Made by a program: the position numbers and the translations under genes. Below are positions 9,605 to 25,889 of a DNA stretch of 64,000 nt, piece after piece. This DNA is from an uncultured Collinsella sp. Lineage in GTDB: Bacteria > Actinomycetota > Coriobacteriia > Coriobacteriales > Coriobacteriaceae. The notes under the pieces are model-generated. The model was not told the origin of the DNA, searched no databases, and saw only the letters and a program-made list of their open reading frames with translations. The stretch covers positions 119,067-183,066 of the forward strand of contig CAUFMG010000002.1 in the NCBI GenBank assembly GCA_959026725.1, given 5' to 3'. Every line of letters starts with the position of its first letter. The first letter of the stretch is position 1.

Positions 9605-10267
9605 TTAGATTTTTGTTTGAGCGTGGGCGCCCAGACGTTTCAGAACGCCTCGCCAGATCGGCGCGGGCACGGCTGGCTCGGCGCAAACCATGCCGTCGGC
9701 GTCGACGTTGGCGGCATTGCCGCCGCCAAGTCGCTGTGCATGCTCGACGGAGCAGCCCATGCGCACAGCGCCCACAAGCTTATCCATCGCTTCCGAAAAC
9801 GGTCGCCGCAAGAGTCCCATGCGCGGAGAGCGACGAAGCGCTGCGATGCCGCCGCCGGAACAGATGACAACGCCGCCACACCACAATTGGTCATGGTGCT
9901 CACATGCCTTGTGCAGACGAACGGCGGTCCCGCGCGCCTGCTCAGTGCCCTCTTGTGCGGCTCGAATCGCGGCATAGACACGCGTTCCCGTACTGCCAAA
10001 GCGCTCAAGCGCCTGCTCGATAGCAGTCAACGTCTCATCGTCAGCCACATCTTCAATGGCCAGCACGATGCCATCGGCAACGCCGTCGACATTATCCGCC
10101 TTCAAGTCAACCGGGTGGGGGAGTACGGTGCCGGAAAACCGGGCATAGGCGGCGATGGCATCCTGCAGGTCCCAGAGCAAAAACTCAAGATCGGCGCTAT
10201 TGGGAATGCTGATATACGCAATGGTTTGCAACGTTTTTGGTACATCGCCGCGTGCGGTCGTCTCCAT
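9605..10267 (-). CDS. hypothetical protein
   Basis: ATG at 10267 preceded by AAAGGAGG, with a protein-like composition. No family was recognised (a GGVVICSGGG glycine-rich segment is present). Confidence 0.6.
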   Translation of the reverse strand: METTARGDVPKTLQTIAYISIPNSADLEFLLWDLQDAIAAYARFSGTVLPHPVDLKADNVDGVADGIVLAIEDVADDETLTAIEQALERFGSTGTRVYAAIRAAQEGTEQARGTAVRLHKACEHHDQLWCGGVVICSGGGIAALRRSPRMGLLRRPFSEAMDKLVGAVRMGCSVEHAQRLGGGNAANVDADGMVCAEPAVPAPIWRGVLKRLGAHAQTKI

Positions 10268-10360
10268 GCCGCCTCCTTTCCGGTTGGTTTCCGTTTAGGT
10301 TACACCGTCTGGCGGCGCCTCGCCGCGCTATCCTAGTGCAACCCTTACGAAAGGAACGCC

Positions 10361-11497
10361 ATGCGACTGCCCATGAATACCTCGCTTGCCACGCTCAAGC
10401 CCTCCGGTATCCGCCGGATCAACGCGCTCGCTGCCCAGCACCCGGGGTGCATCGCGCTTGCGCTTGGCGAGCCCGATTTTCCCACGCCCGATGTGATTAG
10501 TGCCGAGGTGACCGCCGCACTGGACCGCGGTGACACGCACTATCCGCCCAACAACGGTCGCCCCGCCCTGCGTGAGGCGTTGTCTGCCTACATGGGGGGC
10601 GCGGGCCTTACGTTTTCCGCCGACGAGGTCATCCTGACCGACGGCGCGACCGAGGCCCTGTCGGCAACATTCATGGCCATGCTCAACCCCGGCGATGAGG
10701 TCATTATTCCCACGCCGGCCTTTGGCCTGTACGAGAGCATCGTCGTGGCCAACCACGCCAAAGCAGTCTTTTTGGATACGGAGCCTGCGCAATTTCAGAT
10801 CGATGAGGAAGCGCTTCGTGCCTGCGTGACACCGGCGACCAAGGCCATCGTCATCTGCTCGCCCAACAATCCTACGGGCTGTATCCTCAACGCGGCTTCG
10901 CTCGACGCCGTGGCGCACGTGGCGGAGCAGATGGGCATCTACGTGGTCTGCGACGACGTATACAACCGCCTGGTCTATGTGGATGGCTACGAGCGCTTCG
11001 CCCAGCGACACCCGGAGCTGCGCGAGCAGACGGTCGTCATCGAGAGCTTCTCCAAGCCCTGGGCTATGACCGGCTGGCGCCTGGGTTGGCTCGCAGCCGC
11101 AGCCCCCGTCATCGCCGAGATCGCAAAAGCTCACCAATACCTAGTATCGAGCGCCGTCTCCTTCGAGATGGACGCCGCAGCCCGAGCCCTCACCGTCGAC
11201 CCCACCCCTATGCTCGAAGTCTACCGAGCTCGTCGCAAACGTGTACTCGCAGCCTTAAACGCCATGGGCCTCGACGTAGTGGAACCAGCCGGCGCCTTCT
11301 ACGCCTTCCCCAGCATCAAGCAGTACGGCCTAACCAGCGAAGACTTCTGCATCAAAGCCATCAAAGAAGCAAACGTAGCCCTAGTCCCGGGAGACTGTTT
11401 CGGCACCGAAGGCCACATCCGCTTAAGCTACTGCGTCTCCGACAAAGACCTAGACGAAGGCCTCCACCGCCTGTCCACCTTCATTTCGACCTTATAG
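10361..11497 (+). CDS. class I/II PLP-dependent aminotransferase
   Basis: SFSKPWAMTGWRLGW PLP-lysine motif and PNNPTG motif. Confidence 0.85.
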   Translation: MRLPMNTSLATLKPSGIRRINALAAQHPGCIALALGEPDFPTPDVISAEVTAALDRGDTHYPPNNGRPALREALSAYMGGAGLTFSADEVILTDGATEALSATFMAMLNPGDEVIIPTPAFGLYESIVVANHAKAVFLDTEPAQFQIDEEALRACVTPATKAIVICSPNNPTGCILNAASLDAVAHVAEQMGIYVVCDDVYNRLVYVDGYERFAQRHPELREQTVVIESFSKPWAMTGWRLGWLAAAAPVIAEIAKAHQYLVSSAVSFEMDAAARALTVDPTPMLEVYRARRKRVLAALNAMGLDVVEPAGAFYAFPSIKQYGLTSEDFCIKAIKEANVALVPGDCFGTEGHIRLSYCVSDKDLDEGLHRLSTFISTL

Positions 11498-11594
11498 TCC
11501 TTAGGGACGCAACACATCAGCCCACCGACCCAAGCATTATGAGTGGGGCGCGCCGGCCAACGGCAACCCTGGCTGCCCCAAAGTCACCGCAGGC

Positions 11595-11722
11595 CGCGCC
11601 GCCAAAGGCCAGGCGCAAGCTTTTCGTAGATTCCGCACGAGCCGAAGAGCACTAAATGTGCTTTCCGAGCGAGCCCAGGACCTGACCGAGCGGAAACCTT
11701 GCGCCTGGCCTTCGGCGGCGCG
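11595..11722 (+). repeat. long-hairpin element, divergent copy D
   Basis: 25-bp outer stem cgcgccgccaaaggccaggcgcaag / cttgcgcctggccttcggcggcgcg. It encloses the core ttccgcacg..agcactaaatgtgctttccg..caggac, shared with copies at 22584, 24600 and 41881. Confidence 0.8.
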
Positions 11723-11759
11723 TGCCGGATGGTGGAATTGTGTGCAGCCCGGTTTTCCG

Positions 11760-11788
11760 TTGACCGACGCCGGGGTCCCCGCCATAAT
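11760..11788 (+). promoter_or_regulatory. candidate rplJ promoter
   Basis: TTGACC, 17 nt, CATAAT. Confidence 0.5.
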
Positions 11789-11902
11789 ACTTTCGGTTCA
11801 CGCACGAATCCGCTGCCAGAGACAGCCGGCGCAAACGGGTCTTACCCGCGAGCTTAATGGGACTTCCCGCCAGCCGAGGTGGTCGAGTAGATATGTCTTC
11901 TC

Positions 11903-11939
11903 GCCCCCGTCGCTCATGCAGCGCGGGGGCTTTCTTTTT
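11903..11939 (+). promoter_or_regulatory. terminator-like hairpin in rplJ leader (possible L10-leader attenuator)
   Basis: gcccccgtcgc...gcgcgggggc followed by tttcttttt, about 65 nt upstream of the rplJ ATG. Confidence 0.4.
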
Positions 11940-12004
11940 GGACATGCCCCCGTCACGTCCTTGTGGCGGACCGTGCCCGGAAAGAATTTGAGGAGGTGTA
12001 ATTC

Positions 12005-12526
12005 ATGCCCCAGCAGTACAAAATCGACAAGGTTGCAGAGATCGAGTCCCGTATCGCCGAGAACGCCGGTCTGTTCGTCGTCAACTACAACGGTCTGACG
12101 GTTAAGCAGGCTCAGGAGCTGCGTCATCAGCTTCGCGAGTGCGGCGCCGAGATGAAGGTCTACAAGAACAACCTGGTCAAGATCGCTCTCAAGAACCAGG
12201 AGCAGCCCGAGCTCGACGAGATTCTCGCCGGCCCCGTCGCTTATGTGTTCTACGAGTCCGAGCCGGTCGAGGCCGCTAAGGCCCTTAAGGACTTCTCCGC
12301 TAAGTCCAAGGGCGTCCTTGAGATCAAGGGCGGTATCTCCGACGGCAAGGCCGTTTCCGCTGATGATGTTAAGGCTATCGCCGAGCTGCCCACCAAGGAT
12401 CAGCTTCTCGGCCAGATCGCCGGTCTCATCTCCGGTTTCGCTCGCGACATCGCTGTCTGCGTCAACGGCGTTTCCTCTGGTCTCGCTCGTTCGATCCAGC
12501 AGGTCTCCGAGCAGAAGGCAGCCTAG
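12005..12526 (+). CDS. rplJ: 50S ribosomal protein L10
   Basis: Size, position before rplL, and L10-like sequence. Confidence 0.92.
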   Translation: MPQQYKIDKVAEIESRIAENAGLFVVNYNGLTVKQAQELRHQLRECGAEMKVYKNNLVKIALKNQEQPELDEILAGPVAYVFYESEPVEAAKALKDFSAKSKGVLEIKGGISDGKAVSADDVKAIAELPTKDQLLGQIAGLISGFARDIAVCVNGVSSGLARSIQQVSEQKAA

Positions 12527-12628
12527 TCGCTGTTTTCACCCGCGGCGGCAACGCCGCACCCCTGGCGCATTCGCGCCGTGTTTTAACTGATCTCCGTGCA
12601 TCCGCACGGAAACCGAAAGGACTTAGAA

Positions 12629-13006
12629 ATGGCTAAGCTTACCACCGATGAGATCATCGATGCTCTTAAGGAAATGACCCTTCTCGAGGCTTCCGAGCTC
12701 GTCAAGGCTATCGAGGACACCTTCGGCGTTTCCGCCGCTGCTCCTGCCGCTGTTGTCGCCGCTCCCGCTGCTGGCGCTGCTGAGGCCGAGGAGAAGACCG
12801 AGTTTGACGTCGTGCTCGAGGGCTTCGGCGACAACAAGATCCAGGTCATCAAGGCCGTCCGTGAGCTCACCAACCTTGGCCTGAAGGAGGCCAAGGAGGT
12901 CGTCGAGGGCGCTCCCAAGGCTGTTCTCGAGGGTGCCAAGAAGGAGGACGCCGAGGCTGCCAAGGAGAAGCTCGAGGCTGCTGGCGCTGCTGTCACCCTC
13001 AAGTAA
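12629..13006 (+). CDS. rplL: 50S ribosomal protein L7/L12
   Basis: Trimmed to the ATG at 12629. Ala-rich hinge and C-terminal [24 protein letters not shown]. Confidence 0.93.
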   Translation: MAKLTTDEIIDALKEMTLLEASELVKAIEDTFGVSAAAPAAVVAAPAAGAAEAEEKTEFDVVLEGFGDNKIQVIKAVRELTNLGLKEAKEVVEGAPKAVLEGAKKEDAEAAKEKLEAAGAAVTLK

Positions 13007-13034
13007 TCAGGCTTTCTCGCCAGATTTCTTTGCA

Positions 13035-13070
13035 GACGGGGTTCGCATTGCGAGCCCCGTCTTTTTTGTT
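13035..13070 (+). terminator. intrinsic terminator after rplL
   Basis: gacgggg...ccccgtc stem plus a T6 run. Confidence 0.8.
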
Positions 13071-13320
13071 TTTCGGTCCCTCGACATCGGTAGCTCAAAC
13101 TGCCATGTTCTGTGATTTGCGTCGTATCGGGTACCCTGCCGTTGGGCAATAAAATTGCACCATTCGAGCAATAATTTGCGTTGACCTGCTGAAGAATTGT
13201 CTCTGCCTTGTAGCGACATATGGTTCCAGCGGTAAGATGCTTGGGTATCGCAATTTGGTCTGCGGCTGTGTGCCGCACGCATGGGGCGCTTTTGCGCCTG
13301 CGAAAGGATCCTTGAATAAC

Positions 13321-14229
13321 ATGAAGGCAATCATCCCCGCCGCCGGTCTTGGCACGCGTTTTCTGCCTGGCACCAAGTGCACCCCCAAAGAGATGCTGCC
13401 GGTTCTCGACAAGCCGGTCATCCAGTATGTCGTTGAGGAGGCGCTCGACCCCGAGGAGGTCGACGATGCCATCATCGTAACTTCTCCCGGCAAGCCCGAG
13501 CTGCTGAACTACTTCCAGCCCGATCGCTCGCTCGAGAACCTGCTGCGCGAGCGCGGCAAGAACGCCTATGCCGATGCCGTCGCCCACGCTGGCGGTATGC
13601 CGGTCGACTTCCGTTATCAGTACGAGCCCAAGGGCCTCGGCCATGCTATCCGCTCTGCTGCCGACGCCGTGGCAGGGGAGAACTTCCTGGTTCTTCTGGG
13701 CGACTACGTTGTGCCTAACCGCGACATCTGCGACAAGATGCTCGCCGTTTCCAAGGAGCACGGTGGCGCTTCGGTTATCGCCGTCGCTGCTTGCTCGCCC
13801 GAGGAAGTCAGCCGCTACGGCGTTATCGCCGGCGAGCGCGTCGGTTCGCTCGAGGGCGCCGAGGGCGTTGCCGATGCCGAGCCGGGCGCTGTCTGGCGCA
13901 TCGGCGGTCTGGTCGAGAAGCCCGCTCCCGAGGCTGCTCCGTCCAACCTGTACATCGTCGGCCGCTATCTGCTGAGCCCGCTGGTCATGGACCTGCTGGC
14001 CGATCAGCAGGCTGGTAAGGGCGGCGAGATCCAGCTCACCGACGCAATGGCCCGTTCGCTCGATCGCGAGGCCATGTATGCGGTCGTCATCGACCCGCTG
14101 TCGGGCTACGACACCGGCACTCCCTCTGGCTGGATGGCCACCAACGCCCTCATGGCTGCAAGCGACCCCCGCTTTGCCAGCGCCTTCTGGGACGCCATCG
14201 ACGAGCGCGGCGGCTTGATGCGCAAGTAA
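13321..14229 (+). CDS. galU: UTP--glucose-1-phosphate uridylyltransferase
   Basis: Trimmed to the ATG at 13321. AAGLGTRFLPGTKCTPKEMLPV signature. Confidence 0.85.
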   Translation: MKAIIPAAGLGTRFLPGTKCTPKEMLPVLDKPVIQYVVEEALDPEEVDDAIIVTSPGKPELLNYFQPDRSLENLLRERGKNAYADAVAHAGGMPVDFRYQYEPKGLGHAIRSAADAVAGENFLVLLGDYVVPNRDICDKMLAVSKEHGGASVIAVAACSPEEVSRYGVIAGERVGSLEGAEGVADAEPGAVWRIGGLVEKPAPEAAPSNLYIVGRYLLSPLVMDLLADQQAGKGGEIQLTDAMARSLDREAMYAVVIDPLSGYDTGTPSGWMATNALMAASDPRFASAFWDAIDERGGLMRK

Positions 14230-14249
14230 GCCTTCGAGCATCGACATTT

Positions 14250-14282
14250 ACGGGTGCGGACCTCGGTCCGCGCCCGTTTTTA
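14250..14282 (+). terminator. intrinsic terminator after galU
   Basis: acgggtgcggac / gtccgcgcccgt stem plus a T run. Confidence 0.8.
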
Positions 14283-14515
14283 TAAGAGCTGCGATTGCCG
14301 CCCCTTTGTTCACAGAAAATATATGAACAGATGTTCGATACGCATATATCTACCTGCGTGTTTTCTGTCGAAAAACTTTGCTACTCCAAAAACTCAATCG
14401 CGTCAAGGCTTTTCTTGCCCAACGGTCGGTACCTGATAAACTATTAGGTTGCGATAACTGGCGAAGCTATGCCTCGCCAACCCACCGAGCATTTCCGTGA
14501 AGGAGGAAAAACCTG

Positions 14516-22489
<7,974 letters not shown>

Positions 22490-22515
22490 TTTCCTAGTGC
22501 GTTAACCGTCCTTCC

Positions 22516-22552
22516 AAAGACCCGCTTCCCAACAGGGGAGCGGGTCTTTTTT
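22516..22552 (+). terminator. intrinsic terminator after rpoC
   Basis: agacccgcttccc / ggggagcgggtct stem plus a T6 run. Confidence 0.85.
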
Positions 22553-22556
22553 GATG

Positions 22557-22750
22557 AGGAACGTTGCCCCGACGAGCACGTCGGATTCCCGGAACGGGCC
22601 GCCCGCTGTTTAAGTTTGTCGCGAGTTCCGCACGCAAAGGAAAGCACTTAATGTGCTTTCCGTCTTGCGCAGGACTGTAGAGCAGCAAACTTAAACAGCG
22701 GGCGGCCCGTTCTGGGAATCTGCCCCCGCGCACAGAAGGGGATTCCTTTT
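22557..22750 (+). repeat. long-hairpin element, copy A
   Basis: Hairpin 22584-22720 includes a perfect 27-bp stem gaacgggccgcccgctgtttaagtttg / caaacttaaacagcgggcggcccgttc. The core is identical to copy B. Confidence 0.9.
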
Positions 22751-22756
22751 GCCAAA

Positions 22757-22790
22757 AAGGGACAGGTTTATTTTGGTAGGTTATTCATGC
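22757..22790. repeat. left inverted repeat bounding the sigma cassette
   Basis: gggacaggtttattttggt (22759-22777) is the exact reverse complement of 24546-24564. Confidence 0.85.
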
Positions 22791-22868
22791 TTGAATTTGA
22801 AACATTCCGTTCGGTCAAAGCGTATCTATGGTGAGGGCCTCATCAAGAATCATTAACGTCACCGGGAG

Positions 22869-23393
22869 GTGATTATGGAAGAACAAGCATTTAGACAGGC
22901 GGTCGAAGATCACCGGGATGTCGTGTTTCGGATCGCATTGACGTACCTACGCGATCGTGCCGATGCCGACGATGTTGCCCAAGATGTCTTTCTTAAGTTG
23001 CTCAAAAGCGATGGACACTTTGATAGTTGGGAGCATCTTCGTCGCTGGCTTATTCGGGTCACGATCAATGAATGCAAATCGCTCTTTCGAAAGCCATGGA
23101 GGCGCATAGAGGATATTGAGAACTTGGCCGATTCACTCTCGGCAGCGCAGGATGAGACCAAGGTGGTCCTGTCAGACGTTATGCGACTTCCGGAACGATT
23201 CCGTGTTCCCATCGTGCTCTATTACTATCTAGGCTTTTCGACCTCAGAGATTGCCGAGTTGTTGCATGTACCAGCCGCGACCGTTCGAACGCGTTTAGCT
23301 CGCGGTCGATCGAAGCTCAAATTCATCCTAGAGGAGGGCGACCGTGAAATCCAATCAAATCAAGCAGGCCTTCGAGTCCATCCAAGCCGATAG
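22869..23393 (+). CDS. ECF-type sigma-70 family RNA polymerase sigma factor
   Basis: Region 2 (DDVAQDVFLKLL, RWLIRVTINE) and region 4 HTH (STSEIAELLHVPAATVRTRLARGRSKL). ATG 22875 is also possible. Confidence 0.85.
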   Translation: MIMEEQAFRQAVEDHRDVVFRIALTYLRDRADADDVAQDVFLKLLKSDGHFDSWEHLRRWLIRVTINECKSLFRKPWRRIEDIENLADSLSAAQDETKVVLSDVMRLPERFRVPIVLYYYLGFSTSEIAELLHVPAATVRTRLARGRSKLKFILEEGDREIQSNQAGLRVHPSR

Positions 23394-24420
23394 CAATCTT
23401 GCAGATCGCGTCCTTAATACCGCTGCGGGTGAGCCGCTTCATCGAAAGGGCCACGCGAAGCCTCTCTATGTTGCCGTAATCGGATGTCTTGTCGGAGTGC
23501 TGGCGACCGGAGGGGTCGCCTACGCCGTCGTCAATTCCAGATATTTTGCCTCAGCCTGGGGAAACCACGGCAACGGGGATTCCATTACCTGGACCAACGG
23601 TGGCTCATCGGGGACTAAATACACCTACACCAGAGAGTTTGGTGATGGCATCGCGCCCCAAAGCCTGGAGGGTGCAGTTCAGAAAGTTAATCTGTCCGTC
23701 GAGGGTAACGGCTATACGCTCGATATCCATGAGATGGCTATTGACCAAAACGGCTGCGGCGCCGTGACGTTTACGTTGTCAAATCCAAATGGAGTTAACT
23801 ACTACAAGCCAGCAGCAGAGATTGGCGAACTTGTTCTCTATGGTGAAGAAGAGCAGGGCATCGGCACGCCCGATATGAAGTTCGGCGAGGAATGGCCTGA
23901 CACACGCAGCACAATTGATAAGGACACATCAAGCGATACTGTCATTAATGGCACGATGTACTTTGCCGCTATGGATCGCGAGCGAGATTTGCAACATGCT
24001 GTCACCTGGAATATCCATTGGACCGAGGGTGAAGGTGAGAGTGCGAGGCGGTTTGAGGCGTCGACACCCGAGTTCAATATTGGAGCGTACGTCGATACAA
24101 AGGAACTCCGCTCCGGTGACTCGCCTCTTGAGATTAGCCCGTTTTCCATCCAGACGCACATCGATGGTTTGGGCTATGAAGCAGTTGATAATAAGCTGAC
24201 CGTCAGCTACAAGGATGGATCGGAGCAGATTATCGAAGATGACGACGCAGGGGTGTTCAACTTATATTTTTCTTATGGGCGCAATAGCGGAGAGAACATC
24301 TGGGTGCCAACGAAGTTGATTGATGTCGATCAAGTTGTCTCGGTAACCCTTGAAATTGTGAGGTATACATCAACAGGGGAGACCGAAACGAAAGAGCCCT
24401 TTACCATCGTCTATTCGTAA
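23344..24420 (+). CDS. putative membrane anti-sigma factor (single TM, extracytoplasmic domain)
   Basis: GTG start after GAGGAGGG, overlapping the sigma gene by 50 nt. Short N-terminal cytoplasmic part, one TM (LYVAVIGCLVGVLATGGVAYAVV) and a large C-terminal domain. Confidence 0.55.
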   Translation: MKSNQIKQAFESIQADSNLADRVLNTAAGEPLHRKGHAKPLYVAVIGCLVGVLATGGVAYAVVNSRYFASAWGNHGNGDSITWTNGGSSGTKYTYTREFGDGIAPQSLEGAVQKVNLSVEGNGYTLDIHEMAIDQNGCGAVTFTLSNPNGVNYYKPAAEIGELVLYGEEEQGIGTPDMKFGEEWPDTRSTIDKDTSSDTVINGTMYFAAMDRERDLQHAVTWNIHWTEGEGESARRFEASTPEFNIGAYVDTKELRSGDSPLEISPFSIQTHIDGLGYEAVDNKLTVSYKDGSEQIIEDDDAGVFNLYFSYGRNSGENIWVPTKLIDVDQVVSVTLEIVRYTSTGETETKEPFTIVYS

Positions 24421-24427
24421 GATTTGG

Positions 24428-24460
24428 GGTCGCTTCCTACTAGGGGAAGCGGCCTCTTTT
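24428..24460 (+). terminator. intrinsic terminator after the anti-sigma gene
   Basis: ggtcgcttcc / ggaagcggcc stem plus tctttt. Confidence 0.7.
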
Positions 24461-24525
24461 GCGTTAAATGGAAACGCCGCCGATTTCCATGCGACAGATG
24501 AGAGCAGATCACCGCTGGAGCGCGA

Positions 24526-24568
24526 CGTTTCCCCAGATAAAACCGACCAAAATAAACCTGTCCCTATT
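24526..24568. repeat. right inverted repeat bounding the sigma cassette / dispersed ~46-nt motif
   Basis: gacgtttccccagataaaaccgaccaaaataaacctgtccctatt recurs at 52509-52555 with about 3 mismatches. Confidence 0.85.
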
Positions 24569-24571
24569 CGG

Positions 24572-24766
24572 AAGGGAACGTTGCCCCGACAAGCACGTCG
24601 GATTCCCGGTCCGGGCGGCCCGCTGTTTAAGTTTGTCGCGAGTTCCGCACGCAAAGGAAAGCACTTAATGTGCTTTCCGTCTTGCGCAGGACTGTAGAGC
24701 AGCAAACTTAAACAGCGGGCCGCCCGGGCCGGGAATCCGCCCCCGCGCACAGGAGGGGATTCCTTT
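24572..24766 (+). repeat. long-hairpin element, copy B
   Basis: Hairpin 24600-24738 with a 36-bp stem and 1 mismatch. Direct repeat of copy A. Confidence 0.9.
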
Positions 24767-24822
24767 TGTGTAGGCTTTGCGGAAATATGGCTATTTTGGG
24801 ATACGCCCGGCGGCGTGGTCTG

Positions 24823-24851
24823 TTGACGGCACAGCTAACGCCACGTATCCT
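24823..24851 (+). promoter_or_regulatory. candidate rpsL promoter
   Basis: TTGACG, 17 nt, TATCCT. Confidence 0.5.
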
Positions 24852-24944
24852 ATCGAACTGCGTGTTTCGTAGGGGGATGCTGACCCCTCGATTCAAGCCG
24901 TTGCACTTTACAGAAAGCTGGAATCATTCGAGAAGGAGTACGCT

Positions 24945-25322
24945 TTGCCTACTATTAACCAGCTGGTTCGCCAGGGCCGTCGTTCCGTGCCCAAGAAGTC
25001 CAAGAACGCTGCTCTGCAGCACAACTCCCAGAAGCGCGGCGTGTGCACCCGCGTCTTCACCACGAGCCCCAAGAAGCCGAACTCGGCTCTTCGTAAGGTT
25101 GCCCGTGTTCGCCTCGTCAACGGCATCGAAGTTACTGCTTACATCCCGGGTGAGGGCCACAACCTGCAGGAGCACTCTATCGTGCTCGTCCGCGGCGGTC
25201 GTGTCCGTGACCTCCCTGGTGTCCGTTATCACGTCATCCGTGGCGCCTACGACGCTGCTCCGGTCCAGAACCGTATGCAGGCCCGTTCCAAGTACGGTGC
25301 TAAGCGCCCTAAGGCTAAATAA
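24945..25322 (+). CDS. rpsL: 30S ribosomal protein S12
   Basis: [11 protein letters not shown]...[10 protein letters not shown], with a TTG start. Confidence 0.95.
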   Translation: MPTINQLVRQGRRSVPKKSKNAALQHNSQKRGVCTRVFTTSPKKPNSALRKVARVRLVNGIEVTAYIPGEGHNLQEHSIVLVRGGRVRDLPGVRYHVIRGAYDAAPVQNRMQARSKYGAKRPKAK

Positions 25323-25395
25323 GCCAGATAATGTTTTGATACTTTCGCCGTGTGCCGCCTAAGCGCCGCACGGTAGACACTTAAGGAGATTTCAC

Positions 25396-25869
25396 ATGCC
25401 GCGTCGTGCAGCAGCTAATCGTCGTGAGGTTCAGCCTGACGCCGTTTACAACAACCGCCTGGTGACTCAGCTCATCAACAAGGTCCTTCTTGACGGCAAG
25501 AAGGCCACCGCTGAGCGCATCGTTTACACCGCTTTCGAGATCGTTGCCGAGAAGTCCGAGGGTGGCGACGCTCTCGCTACCTTCAAGAAGGCTATGGACA
25601 ACGTCAAGCCCACGCTCGAGGTTAAGCCCAAGCGTGTCGGTGGCGCTACCTATCAGGTCCCGATGGAGGTCAACTCCCGTCGTTCCACCGCTCTGGGTAT
25701 CCGCTGGATCGTCAACTTCTCCCGCGCTCGCAAGGAGAAGACCATGGCCGAGCGTCTCGCCAACGAGATCCTCGACGCTTCCAACGGCCTGGGCGCTTCC
25801 GTCAAGAAGCGTGAGGACGTCTTCAAGATGGCCGAGGCCAACCGCGCGTTCTCTCACTATCGTTGGTAA
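25396..25869 (+). CDS. rpsG: 30S ribosomal protein S7
   Basis: Canonical S7 sequence. Confidence 0.95.
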   Translation: MPRRAAANRREVQPDAVYNNRLVTQLINKVLLDGKKATAERIVYTAFEIVAEKSEGGDALATFKKAMDNVKPTLEVKPKRVGGATYQVPMEVNSRRSTALGIRWIVNFSRARKEKTMAERLANEILDASNGLGASVKKREDVFKMAEANRAFSHYRW

Positions 25870-25889
25870 GTTTAAGGTAAGGAACTAAC

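Noticed and set aside
9560-10336. 258-aa plus-strand ORF overlapping the minus-strand hypothetical gene.
   Set aside because: The minus-strand frame has a strong AAAGGAGG RBS and a protein-like sequence. The plus-strand frame is Arg/Ala-rich with no RBS.
22557-24766. Composite transposon or integron cassette interpretation of the sigma/anti-sigma insert.
   Set aside because: No transposase, integrase or recombinase ORF lies anywhere in the window, and no clear target-site duplication was found. It is kept only as an analogy within the finding, not as a mobile_element feature.
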